The notes: generated by a model not told the origin, from the sequence alone. Numbered from the stretch's first letter, positions 8,911 to 19,139 are shown. The stretch: 49,046 nt of DNA from an uncultured Bacteroidaceae bacterium (GCA_964414205.1 CAYPVP010000002.1:1-49046); one strand, 5' to 3'. Numbers and translations are program-made.

Positions 8911-10323
8911 TCACAATCTATTTTCGGTTTCAACAATAAATATGCGTTTTGTGTCATCAATTCTTTCAATTTTCATTGTGATGATTTTGCCTGTCAAATC
9001 ATTCAATTTGTTCCACTCAATGACGGTAACTCCATTCATTGCAAGATATTCTTCAACACCTGTTTCATAAAGTTCATCAGCATTTTCAATGCGATACATG
9101 TCCAAGTGATAAAGAGGCAAACGACCACTTTCATAGGTGTTCAAAATTGTAAAAGTTGGGCTTGTGACATTTTCTTCAACACCAAGTGCTTTTGCAAGTG
9201 ATTTTGTGAATGTGGTTTTTCCTGCACCCAAATCACCATCTAGCAACAAAATTTCGCCACCAACAAGGGTTTCAGCAATTTTTTGTGCAAATGCTTCTGT
9301 TTCTTGTTCATCGTTCATCAAAAAGCGACCTGAAATTTGTTTGTCATCAATAACATTATCCATCAATAAAACATCTCCATTTGTTTGATTTTTTGTTTTT
9401 TTATGTTTGTGAATTGGTTCCCAATGCAATGCTTTTGAAAGTCCTTTGTAGGTTATGAATGTCAAAAGGCTGACAAACAAGCATCTAATCAAATTGAATG
9501 GCACAATTGCTCCAAACAAATAGCATGTATAAAAATTGTCGACAGTGACGTTTGGAAACATTGGTCTTATAGTGCCAAGCAAAGGAGCCCAATTGCCTTT
9601 AAAGAATAATTCCAAATACAAAGGAACTGAAATGAAATAGTTGACCAAAACTGAACAAAATGTAAGCAAAATTGAACCGACAGCCAAACCAATAATAGCA
9701 TTTTTGCGTGATTTTTTGTGACGATAAATCAAACTTGCTGGCAAAACAAATGCTATTCCCAACAATATATCTGTGAGTTCCCCTGAGTAACTTGTGCTTG
9801 AAAATGGCAATTTTAGCAAACATTTCAACACTATCACCAAACAGCCACTAACAGGTCCTAATGAAAACCCTGCAAGCAATGCAGGAAGTTCCGAAAACTG
9901 AATGTCTAGAAACGCTGGAAACAATGGCAATGGAAATTTGACATACATGTAAAGAATGAATGAAACTGCTGTCAACATTGCAATTTTTGCCAATTTCACT
10001 GTTGAAACAGGTTTTGCAGTTGTTTTGATTGTTGCAACTCCATCAACATAGACAATCTTTTTTCCTTGAAAAAAATTTGCAATTCGTTTTTTAAATGGCA
10101 ATTTGATTTTTTTGTGTTTGTCACAAATTGTTTCAGCATTTTGGCAAATTGATTTCAAATTTTGACAATTTGTTTCGGTATTTTCACAAGCCTCATTGCC
10201 AAAATCAACATTTGAATTGATTTTGATTTGTTGTTCTTTGCATAGATTTTCACTATGTTGTTTTTGATTGACGGCATTCAAAATTGCTCCATTGTCAATC
10301 ACATTTTCATTTTTTTGTTGCAT
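8911..10323 (-). CDS. Fusion ORF: RibU-like ECF-transporter S component (aa ~100-300) plus t6A ATPase TsaE (aa ~321-470)
   Basis: The membrane part (FLDIQFSELPALLAGFSLGPVSG, 5-6 TM) resembles riboflavin S components. The C-terminal part carries the TsaE signature GDLGAGKTTFTK...SPTFTI...YHLDMYR. There is no stop between the two parts. ATG at 10323 has an AGGAGA RBS. An internal in-frame ATG at 9363 has a GGAG 11 nt upstream. Confidence 0.8.
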   Translation of the reverse strand: MQQKNENVIDNGAILNAVNQKQHSENLCKEQQIKINSNVDFGNEACENTETNCQNLKSICQNAETICDKHKKIKLPFKKRIANFFQGKKIVYVDGVATIKTTAKPVSTVKLAKIAMLTAVSFILYMYVKFPLPLFPAFLDIQFSELPALLAGFSLGPVSGCLVIVLKCLLKLPFSSTSYSGELTDILLGIAFVLPASLIYRHKKSRKNAIIGLAVGSILLTFCSVLVNYFISVPLYLELFFKGNWAPLLGTIRPMFPNVTVDNFYTCYLFGAIVPFNLIRCLFVSLLTFITYKGLSKALHWEPIHKHKKTKNQTNGDVLLMDNVIDDKQISGRFLMNDEQETEAFAQKIAETLVGGEILLLDGDLGAGKTTFTKSLAKALGVEENVTSPTFTILNTYESGRLPLYHLDMYRIENADELYETGVEEYLAMNGVTVIEWNKLNDLTGKIITMKIERIDDTKRIFIVETENRL

Positions 10324-10371
10324 AACGCTCTCCTAATTTTTCTGGGAGCTTATTGATTTTGCCATGGTTCA

Positions 10372-10404
10372 AAAACAAAAAAAGCCCCGTTATACAACAG
10401 GGCA
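10372..10404 (-). terminator. Riboswitch expression-platform terminator
   Basis: Minus strand reads gccctg-ttgtataa-cggggc followed by tttttttgttttt. It lies between the FMN aptamer and the RBS of the ribU-tsaE ORF. Confidence 0.7.
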
Positions 10405-10419
10405 AAACAATCATACGAA

Positions 10420-10532
10420 ATGATTTTCTTCTTTCATCCGGACTATACCGTTGGTTTGGGAGTTGCACCCAATCAACCCGAAGGCTCGTGGACTATACCA
10501 CCAGTAAGGAATCAAACCTAACCCTGAAGTAA
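10420..10532 (-). promoter_or_regulatory. FMN riboswitch (RFN element)
   Basis: Minus strand reads CTTCAGGGTTAGGTTTGATTCCTTACTGGTGGTATAGTCCACGAGCC...GGGTGCAACTCCCAAACCAACGGTATAGTCCGGATGAAAGAAG. This matches the conserved RFN core blocks (CTTCgGGGcAGGGTGaaATTCC..ACcGGCGGTa.AGtCCgCGAgC ... CCgACaGT.aAGTCtGGATG.aAGAAG). It is the only GC-rich structured block in this spacer. Confidence 0.85.
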
Positions 10533-10536
10533 TATT

Positions 10537-10565
10537 ATAGTATTCCTAAAATATGCTTTTGTCAA
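10537..10565 (-). promoter_or_regulatory. Candidate sigma-A promoter driving the FMN riboswitch
   Basis: Minus strand reads TTGACA (10560-10565), 17 nt, TACTAT (10537-10542), immediately upstream of the aptamer 5' end. Confidence 0.55.
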
Positions 10566-10623
10566 CACTCAAATGCAACAAATTTTAAAACATAAAACAA
10601 ATGCGCCTTTTCAATTTTGACAT

Positions 10624-11250
10624 CTATTTGCAAAGTTTTGATGCGCCAATTCTGTCAGCACCTGCTTCAATCATTTTTCTTGCTGTTTCATCATCACGAA
10701 TTCCACCACTTGCTTTGATTTTGATTCTTCCTTTGCTTGCTTTTTTCATTGTTTCAATGTCATGTATGGTTGCAATTCCACCCAAAAATCCTGTGCATGT
10801 TTTCACAAAACAAGCCCCCTTTTCAACGGCGATTTCAACTGCTTTTTCAATCTCCAAATCAGAAAGCAATGGACTTTCCAAAATCACTTTGACAGGCACA
10901 CCACACTCCACAACAGCACTGATATCATTTCCTACAAGATGATAGTTTTTGTTTTTCAATGCTGAAATGTTCATGACCATGTCAATTTCATCAGCACCGT
11001 CCAAAACTGCCAATTTTGCTTCTGCACCTTTGATTGCCGAATAGGTTTGCCCCAAAGGGAATCCAACAACAACTGCAACTTTGACATTGCTGTTTTTCAA
11101 TTCTTCCTTGCATAGTTTTGTATAGATGCTGTTGACACAAACGCTGTAAAATCCGTTTTCAATGGCTTCACGGCATACTTTTTTTACATCTTCATTTGTC
11201 GCATCAGGTTTCAAAATTGTATGGTCAACATATTTTGCAATTTCTATCAT
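10624..11250 (-). CDS. deoC: Deoxyribose-phosphate aldolase
   Basis: 208 aa starting IAKYVDHTILKPDAT. Schiff-base lysine region FVKTCTGF. ATGA overlap with the pdp stop. Confidence 0.9.
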   Translation of the reverse strand: MIEIAKYVDHTILKPDATNEDVKKVCREAIENGFYSVCVNSIYTKLCKEELKNSNVKVAVVVGFPLGQTYSAIKGAEAKLAVLDGADEIDMVMNISALKNKNYHLVGNDISAVVECGVPVKVILESPLLSDLEIEKAVEIAVEKGACFVKTCTGFLGGIATIHDIETMKKASKGRIKIKASGGIRDDETARKMIEAGADRIGASKLCK

Positions 11251-12551
11251 TCAATCACCTCATAAATCAATTTGTTTCTTTTTGGTTTTGTTTCTGAAAA
11301 TTCAAACAAATCTACAACTTGTTTTGCAATTTCCATTTGCCATTCTTCATTTGCATATGCAAGATACAAGGCATCTCCAACATTCACTTTGTCACCGACT
11401 CGCTTCAAAATTTTGATGCCAATTGAATGGTCAATCTTGTCTTCTTTTTTCAACCTGCCACCACCCATTTTGGCAACAAGTTTCCCTAGATTCTTGGTTT
11501 GAATTTTTGAAATATAGCCTGATTTAGAACTGAAAATTTCCACTTTCGACATTTTTGCCATTTGCATCTGCAATGATTTTCCACCTTGTGCAAAAACAAG
11601 TTCCTCAAATTTTTCAAATGCCTTTCCCGACTGAATCGCATCTTCAATCATTTTTTCAGCACCTGCTTCTGTCACATCAAGTGCCATTTTCAAAAGTTCA
11701 ACCGAAATAGCCTTTGAAACAACATACAAATTGTTTTTCTCACCTTTCAAAACATCAACTGCACCTTGAATTTCAAGCGAATTGCCTATGTAGTTGTCCA
11801 ACGGCTCATCCATTGAAGTTATGATTGCTTCAATTTTTGCGCCATTCATTTTTCCGATTTTAACCATCAATTTTGCAAGTTGTTTTGTTTTTTCATAGTC
11901 GCCAAGAAATGAGCCATCTCCAACTTTGACATCCAAAACCAAGCAATCAGCACACACAGCCAATTTTTTGCTCATGATTGATGACGCAATCAGTGGAATT
12001 GAATCAACCGTTGCTGTCACATCTCTCAGAGCATACAAAATTTTGTCAGCAGGACAAATGTTTGCAGTTTGACCACAAATTGCAACGCCAATTTCAGAAA
12101 CTTGCTTTTCAAAATCGGCTTTTGAAAGATTGACATTCATTCCTTCAATCGATTCAAGTTTGTCCAAAGTTCCACCAGTAAAACCAAGACCACGACCACT
12201 CATTTTGGCAAATTTCAAACCAAGCGATGCCAAAAGAGGAGCAATGACAAAGGTGACACTGTCGCCAACACCACCTGTGCTGTGTTTGTCAACAGTGACA
12301 CCTTCAATGTGCAAAAAGTCTACAATTTCACCACTATCGCGCATTGCAATTGTCAAGTCATATGTTTCATTTTCTGTCATACCTTTGAAACAAATTGCCA
12401 TCAACAATGCAGATATTTGATAGTCCTCAATTTTTTTTGACAAAATTCCATCAACAAAAAATGTAATCTCATCTTTGTTCAATTCTAGTCCAAGTTTTTT
12501 CTTTTCAATGATTGAAACAATGTCCACAATTTTCTCCCCACAAAAAATCAT
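11247..12551 (-). CDS. pdp: Pyrimidine-nucleoside (thymidine) phosphorylase
   Basis: 434 aa with DKHSTGGVGD and SGRGLGFTGGTLDKLE motifs. Confidence 0.92.
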   Translation of the reverse strand: MIFCGEKIVDIVSIIEKKKLGLELNKDEITFFVDGILSKKIEDYQISALLMAICFKGMTENETYDLTIAMRDSGEIVDFLHIEGVTVDKHSTGGVGDSVTFVIAPLLASLGLKFAKMSGRGLGFTGGTLDKLESIEGMNVNLSKADFEKQVSEIGVAICGQTANICPADKILYALRDVTATVDSIPLIASSIMSKKLAVCADCLVLDVKVGDGSFLGDYEKTKQLAKLMVKIGKMNGAKIEAIITSMDEPLDNYIGNSLEIQGAVDVLKGEKNNLYVVSKAISVELLKMALDVTEAGAEKMIEDAIQSGKAFEKFEELVFAQGGKSLQMQMAKMSKVEIFSSKSGYISKIQTKNLGKLVAKMGGGRLKKEDKIDHSIGIKILKRVGDKVNVGDALYLAYANEEWQMEIAKQVVDLFEFSETKPKRNKLIYEVIE

Positions 12552-12847
12552 CGTCTTCTTTCGATTGTTTGAATGATATCTTCCATTTTTTGCACCGAAA
12601 GTTCATTTTCTATCATCGCAAAAACATCAACATCAAAAGAAACAACAACTTTGTCAACGCCGAACTTTTGTTTTGCAAGATTTTGAATTTCTTTTTCAAT
12701 TTCAAATCTTTTTTGCCTTGAATAAATTGGTTTTGAAATGATGGAAACAACGGCAGTGTTTTCAAGCACAAAACTTTTTGACTTCAAAACATAATCATTT
12801 TCAACAATATTTTCATATACATTTGCTAAAAGAAAAATTTCAAACAT
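12548..12847 (-). CDS. Hypothetical 99-aa protein, translationally coupled (ATGA) to pdp
   Basis: ATG with a GAGGTG RBS and protein-like composition. I do not recognise a family. Confidence 0.55.
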   Translation of the reverse strand: MFEIFLLANVYENIVENDYVLKSKSFVLENTAVVSIISKPIYSRQKRFEIEKEIQNLAKQKFGVDKVVVSFDVDVFAMIENELSVQKMEDIIQTIERRR

Positions 12848-12891
12848 ATGCTCACCTCAATCTAGTTTTGCATAAGTTTGAAATTATATTC

Positions 12892-13245
12892 CTATTCTTC
12901 TTCAAAAATTTCTACATTATCGCCATTGTTCCAAAGTTTTTCAAGTGAAAAATTTTCTCTTGCTTCACTGTTGAAAATGTGCACCATAACGTTTCCATAG
13001 TCAACCACTGCCCACTGTCCATCTTTCACACCTTCTGAGCGAATGATTCTTTCTCCATATTCTTTTTCAAGCACTTCTTCAACTTCTTCTGCAAGTGCCT
13101 TAATTTGTGTTGAACTTCGACCTGTGCAAACCACAAAATAGTCTGCTACAACTGTCAAATCTCCAACTTTTATCGATTTTATGTCGATTGCTTTTTTGTC
13201 ACTCAAAACTTTGCATACTGCATTTTTCAATTCTAACGATGTCAT
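12892..13245 (-). CDS. rsfS: Ribosome silencing factor RsfS (IojAP)
   Basis: ADYFVVCTGRSSTQIKALAEEV...WAVVDYGNVMVHIF is the canonical RsfS sequence. It lies downstream of nadD/yqeK, as in Bacillus. Confidence 0.92.
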   Translation of the reverse strand: MTSLELKNAVCKVLSDKKAIDIKSIKVGDLTVVADYFVVCTGRSSTQIKALAEEVEEVLEKEYGERIIRSEGVKDGQWAVVDYGNVMVHIFNSEARENFSLEKLWNNGDNVEIFEEE

Positions 13246-13267
13246 ATTATTCCTTTTGCCTAACTGG

Positions 13268-14404
13268 CTAGTATTTTGTTCCTAAATAGTAATCATATGC
13301 CGACTTTGTCAATGAATACATTGTTCTTCCTTTCGACATAACGTGGTTGTAACTGTGCTCCAAACAATCAAGAAATCCTTTTTCAAAATTTGAATAGATT
13401 GATTCAATCAAAGTTTCCATTCCATAAAAATTTCTGTCTTCTGAAATCATGTCTGCACAAAAAATCAATTTGTCCAAAGTGGTCATTTTGGGTTTTGCAG
13501 TTGTATGAACACAAATTGCTTCCAAAATTTCTTCATCATCAATTCCAAAATCTGTTTTTGCTCGCTCAGCACCCAAAAATTGGTGCAAAACTGGTGAGCC
13601 GATTGAATCTTTTGGAACAGAAATTCCTGTTGTATCAAGCATTTCTTTTGAATTGTCATGTAGCAATGCCGACAAAAAAACTTTTTCAAAATCTAGATGC
13701 AATCTACATTTGCTGTTCAAATCAACAGCACGCCTGACAACAGCCTTGCTATGCTCAAATTTTTCTGTCGAAAGTCGATTTTTCAACTTTTCTATCATAG
13801 AGTCATATTCATGAAACAAATTTTGTTGTTTGATGATTTGCATGACTCCATCAGATATTGTTGCAGAATCGCCCATGAGCAAATTTGCACGCACAATCGA
13901 TGAAGAAACATCATCACCTACCGTTTGCAACAACCTAATTTTTCCACCATATTTTTCAGTCAAAACATCTGCAACATTTGACAAGTTTTCACCCTTTCGA
14001 CCAGCAACCAAAATTGGAAGTGTGGACAAAATTGTTTTTGGCTCAAACCATTTGTCAAAATCTAGCAAACTATCACCACCAATCAAATAGTAGCATTCCC
14101 CATATTGGGCAACCAATTCAGGCAAAACCATTGCAGCATAATTTTTTTCAAACCCACTCGTTTTTTCAAAATCTGAAATTTCAACCTCGAAAGGCACGTT
14201 TTGAAAAAGTGATTGTAGCATAGAAACTCGCAGTTCAAAATCTATTGATGCGCATGCTTTGTGAGGAGGGTTGAATGTGGGGACAAGAACCAATTTGTCT
14301 GCACCAATTTCAGCGATTGCTTCTTGACATATTCTCAAATGTTCAATGTGAGGAGGGTCAAAAGCACCTCCAAAAATTATAGTTTGCATACAAATATAAT
14401 ACAT
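13268..14404 (-). CDS. nadD: Fused nicotinate-nucleotide adenylyltransferase (NadD) plus YqeK-type HD phosphohydrolase
   Basis: N-terminal IIFGGAFDPPHIEHL (HxGH-type nucleotidyltransferase). C-terminal HD domain (FEHSKAV ... LLHDNSKE ... HTTAKP). The start may be the ATG at 14389 (MQTIIFGG) instead. Confidence 0.85.
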   Translation of the reverse strand: MYYICMQTIIFGGAFDPPHIEHLRICQEAIAEIGADKLVLVPTFNPPHKACASIDFELRVSMLQSLFQNVPFEVEISDFEKTSGFEKNYAAMVLPELVAQYGECYYLIGGDSLLDFDKWFEPKTILSTLPILVAGRKGENLSNVADVLTEKYGGKIRLLQTVGDDVSSSIVRANLLMGDSATISDGVMQIIKQQNLFHEYDSMIEKLKNRLSTEKFEHSKAVVRRAVDLNSKCRLHLDFEKVFLSALLHDNSKEMLDTTGISVPKDSIGSPVLHQFLGAERAKTDFGIDDEEILEAICVHTTAKPKMTTLDKLIFCADMISEDRNFYGMETLIESIYSNFEKGFLDCLEHSYNHVMSKGRTMYSLTKSAYDYYLGTKY

Positions 14405-14464
14405 TACAAGTCGACAAAAAGCAAGTTTTAGTTTATTTTTTCAATTTGTGGAAACACTTTTTTT

Positions 14465-15331
14465 ATGGCAAAAAAAATTGATAGAATAGTTTTGACAATT
14501 GTGCTTCTTGTGTTCAATTTTCTATGGTTGCAAATTTTGACAAAAAACATAGCAATCACAGCAATTTTGGCGTGTTTGACAACATTTTTGATTGCATTTG
14601 TCATTTGGCAAATTGGCTCACACGTCGAAAGTTCTCCATATTCCGAAAGAGAACTTGCAGAAGAGTTTGCAATCAGAGGCAACAGTTATGCTCTGACAAT
14701 TTTTGCCCTAGCACTTCAAAACGAAAATTTTGAACTGAAAGGAAATGTTTTGGCAAGTGAAAAAACTGCCATTGTTGCAAACTTCAAACTTGGAGATTTG
14801 TCACTTTCTGATGTTTTGAACTGCTATCAACAAAACAAAAACAAGCAAACAATCATTATTTTGACAAACTCAATAAGTGCTGGATGCTTGCAATTTGCAA
14901 GACGATTCAATTCTGAAATTGAAATTGTGTCAATGAAAAACATTTTCAAGTTTTTGAAAGCAAAAAATGCACTTCCAGTGATTGAAAAACGAAAATCAAC
15001 ATTTTCTTTCAAAGATTTTTTCAGCATATTCTTCAAACAAAAAAATGCTAAATATTTTTTGCTGACATCAATTCCACTTTTGATTTTTTCATTTTTGACA
15101 CCAATGAAAATTTATTACATCATAATGTCGGCCGTTGCCATATGTTTTGCCATTGTTTCAATGTTGCCATTTGCTCATGACAATTCAGGTGATGGAACAA
15201 ATTTCAACAAACTGACAAAACAAGCACTGCCCAAAAAGAAAATCAAAGATTTCTTTTCATCAAATGATGAAAATCTAAATTTGCGAATTCAAAACGCTGA
15301 TGTTGAAAATCACAATGAAAAGAAAAAATAA
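14465..15331 (+). CDS. Hypothetical membrane protein
   Basis: 288 aa. Two N-terminal and two C-terminal TM helices flank a soluble core of about 130 aa. No family recognised with confidence. Confidence 0.6.
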   Translation: MAKKIDRIVLTIVLLVFNFLWLQILTKNIAITAILACLTTFLIAFVIWQIGSHVESSPYSERELAEEFAIRGNSYALTIFALALQNENFELKGNVLASEKTAIVANFKLGDLSLSDVLNCYQQNKNKQTIIILTNSISAGCLQFARRFNSEIEIVSMKNIFKFLKAKNALPVIEKRKSTFSFKDFFSIFFKQKNAKYFLLTSIPLLIFSFLTPMKIYYIIMSAVAICFAIVSMLPFAHDNSGDGTNFNKLTKQALPKKKIKDFFSSNDENLNLRIQNADVENHNEKKK

Positions 15332-15474
15332 AAATTTCTTTTTATGCAATCATTTTTCAATTTTTTTCACAATGATTTAGCAATTCCTTTTAAATAATTA
15401 TGCTATTCATTTAAAAATTGATTTTACAATTTCATTTAGAATGATATTGTAATTCCTTTTAGAATTGATTTTAC

Positions 15475-15506
15475 AAAAAAAAGTTCTTTGTCAGAACTTT
15501 TTTTTG
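15475..15506. terminator. Bidirectional intrinsic terminator between convergent genes
   Basis: A-run, aagttct, ttgtc, agaactt, T-run. Confidence 0.75.
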
Positions 15507-15573
15507 CTTATTAAAATGTTTTCATATCATACTAAAATTTTTATGGCGTATGATAATGATTTGATATTCTATT

Positions 15574-16905
<1,332 letters not shown>

Positions 16906-18270
16906 TTACAAAATTCTGTTCAAAATTGATTTTGCTGCTTTTTTTCCTGCGCCCATTGCCAAAATGACTGTTGCTGCACCCGTTTGGGCATCTCCACCAG
17001 CAAACACTTTGTCAACAGATGTCATAAGGTTTTCATCAACAATGATTGTTCCTTTTTTTGTGACTTCCATTTTATCAAAACTTTTTTTCAAAAGTGGATT
17101 AGGGCTTGTTCCAAGTGCGACAATGACTTCATCACATTCAATGACAAATTCGCTGTTTTCAATCACAACAGGACTGCGTCTTCCTGTTTCATCAGGTTCA
17201 CCAAGTCGCATGGAAACACACTTTACACCCGTGACAAAACCATTTTCACCAACAATTTCGACAGGGTTTGTGAGCAAATCAAAGATGACGCCTTCTTCCT
17301 CAGCATGAATGATTTCTTCTTGTCTAGCAGGCATTTCATCACGAGAACGGCGATAGACCAAATGACATTCAGCACCCAAACGCAACGCAGTTCTTGAAGC
17401 GTCCATAGCAACGTTTCCTGCACCAACAACAACAACTTTTTTGCCACGTTGAACAGGAGTTGCCGAGTCGCATTGATATGCTTTCATCAGATTGACACGA
17501 GTCAAATATTCATTTGCTGAATAAACTCCATTCAAATTTTCACCTGGAATTTTCAAAAACATTGGAAGTCCTGCACCTGAGCCAATGAAGACAGCATCAA
17601 ATTCTTCCAAAAGTTCTTCAACAAAAACAGTTTTTCCAACAACTTGATTCAATCGAATTTCAACACCAAGTTGAGAAAGTTTGTCAATTTCTTTTTGCAC
17701 CAAAGATTTTGGCAATCTGAATTCAGGAATGCCATAAACCAAAACGCCACCTGCTTTGTGGAGTGCTTCAAAAATCACAACATCAACGCCATTTCTTGCA
17801 AGGTCACCTGCACATGACAATCCTGCCGGACCCGAACCAACAACAGCGACTCTTTTGCCAACTTTTTCAATTTGCTTGGTTTCCACCATTTGTGCAAGTC
17901 CAAAATCGGCTGTAAATCTTTCCAAAGCACCAATGGCGACAGAGCCACCAAGTTTTGTTTTGCGAACACAAAATTTTTCACATTGATTTTCTTGTGGACA
18001 AACTCTGCCACAAATTGCAGGCAAATTGTTGTCCATTGAAAGTGTGCGATAGGCGTTTTCGACATCGCCTTTTTTCAAGCAATCAATAAATGTTGGAATG
18101 TTTACTCCAACTGGACATCCCTTTTTGCATGGTGCAGTTTTGCATGTCAAGCATCGATTTGCTTCTTCAAAAGCAGTTTTTTCATCAAAGCCAAGCGAAA
18201 CTTCATCAAAGTTTTTGACTCTTGATTCAGGAGATTGATTTTTCATTGAATTTCTTTTTTGGTCATTCAT
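16906..18270 (-). CDS. nfnB: NfnB / GltD-like NADPH-dependent oxidoreductase large subunit (glutamate synthase small-chain family)
   Basis: Fe-S motifs CLTCKTAPCKKGCPVG and CGRVCP..QCE. Dinucleotide folds GSGPAGL and VVGAGNVAMD. Start set to the ATG at 18270 (GGAGAGAG RBS), which overlaps the nfnA stop as ATGA. Confidence 0.85.
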   Translation of the reverse strand: MNDQKRNSMKNQSPESRVKNFDEVSLGFDEKTAFEEANRCLTCKTAPCKKGCPVGVNIPTFIDCLKKGDVENAYRTLSMDNNLPAICGRVCPQENQCEKFCVRKTKLGGSVAIGALERFTADFGLAQMVETKQIEKVGKRVAVVGSGPAGLSCAGDLARNGVDVVIFEALHKAGGVLVYGIPEFRLPKSLVQKEIDKLSQLGVEIRLNQVVGKTVFVEELLEEFDAVFIGSGAGLPMFLKIPGENLNGVYSANEYLTRVNLMKAYQCDSATPVQRGKKVVVVGAGNVAMDASRTALRLGAECHLVYRRSRDEMPARQEEIIHAEEEGVIFDLLTNPVEIVGENGFVTGVKCVSMRLGEPDETGRRSPVVIENSEFVIECDEVIVALGTSPNPLLKKSFDKMEVTKKGTIIVDENLMTSVDKVFAGGDAQTGAATVILAMGAGKKAAKSILNRIL

Positions 18271-19097
18271 TTTCTCTCTCCTTTCAATCTGCACAAATGC
18301 TTTTGTTCATCTTCACGATAGAATTTTGAACGAGCCATTGCCTCGTCAAAATCAACCAAGTGTCCATCAAATTCTGGCCCATCAACGCAAGCATATTTTC
18401 TTTCGCCACCAACTGTCACACGGCAACCACCACACATACCAGTTCCGTCAACCATCAAAGAATTCATGCTGACAATGGTGTGAATTCCAAATTCTTTTGT
18501 CAAATTGCAAACTGCCCTCATCATTGGCAGAGGTCCAACTGCAAAAACAACATCATATTTGTTTCCACTTTCAACAAGTTCTTTGATTTTGTCAGTGACA
18601 AAGCCCTTGTTTCCACTTGAACCGTCATCTGTCATGACATACAAGTTGTCAGTTGTTTTTTTCATTTCATCAGCATACATCACAAGTTCAACATTTCTTG
18701 CACCAATGATTGCATCAACTTGTTTTTCAGCGCCATACAACTGTTTTGCTTGTGGGTGAATGACAGCCGTGCCAATTCCTCCACCAACCAACAAAACTTT
18801 TTTGGCATTTGACAAATCTGTGGCATTGCCAAGTGGTCCAACCAAGTCTTGAAGGCAATCACCTGCATTCGTTTTTGCAAGTTTTGCAGTGGTAAAACCA
18901 AGTGTTTGAACCAAAATTGAAATTGTTTTGTTTTCTCTTGAATAGTCGCAAATTGTAAACGGAACTCTTTCTCCGTTTTCATCAACTCTCAAAATGACAA
19001 ATTGACCAGCCAAACAATGTCTGCTGATTTCAGGAGATTCAATGACATATTCATTGACATTTTCTGCAAGTTGTCTTTTTTCAATAATCTTATACAT
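18267..19097 (-). CDS. nfnA: NfnA / ferredoxin-NADP reductase-like FAD and 2Fe-2S subunit
   Basis: 276 aa with GQFVILR, RVPFTI, GGGIGTA and a C-terminal CGGCRV...CVDGP cluster motif. Pairs with the downstream nfnB-like gene. Confidence 0.85.
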   Translation of the reverse strand: MYKIIEKRQLAENVNEYVIESPEISRHCLAGQFVILRVDENGERVPFTICDYSRENKTISILVQTLGFTTAKLAKTNAGDCLQDLVGPLGNATDLSNAKKVLLVGGGIGTAVIHPQAKQLYGAEKQVDAIIGARNVELVMYADEMKKTTDNLYVMTDDGSSGNKGFVTDKIKELVESGNKYDVVFAVGPLPMMRAVCNLTKEFGIHTIVSMNSLMVDGTGMCGGCRVTVGGERKYACVDGPEFDGHLVDFDEAMARSKFYREDEQKHLCRLKGERK

Positions 19098-19139
19098 TTT
19101 TCTTCTCAGTAATTTATTTCTATCTGTCTGTGTTTGTGT

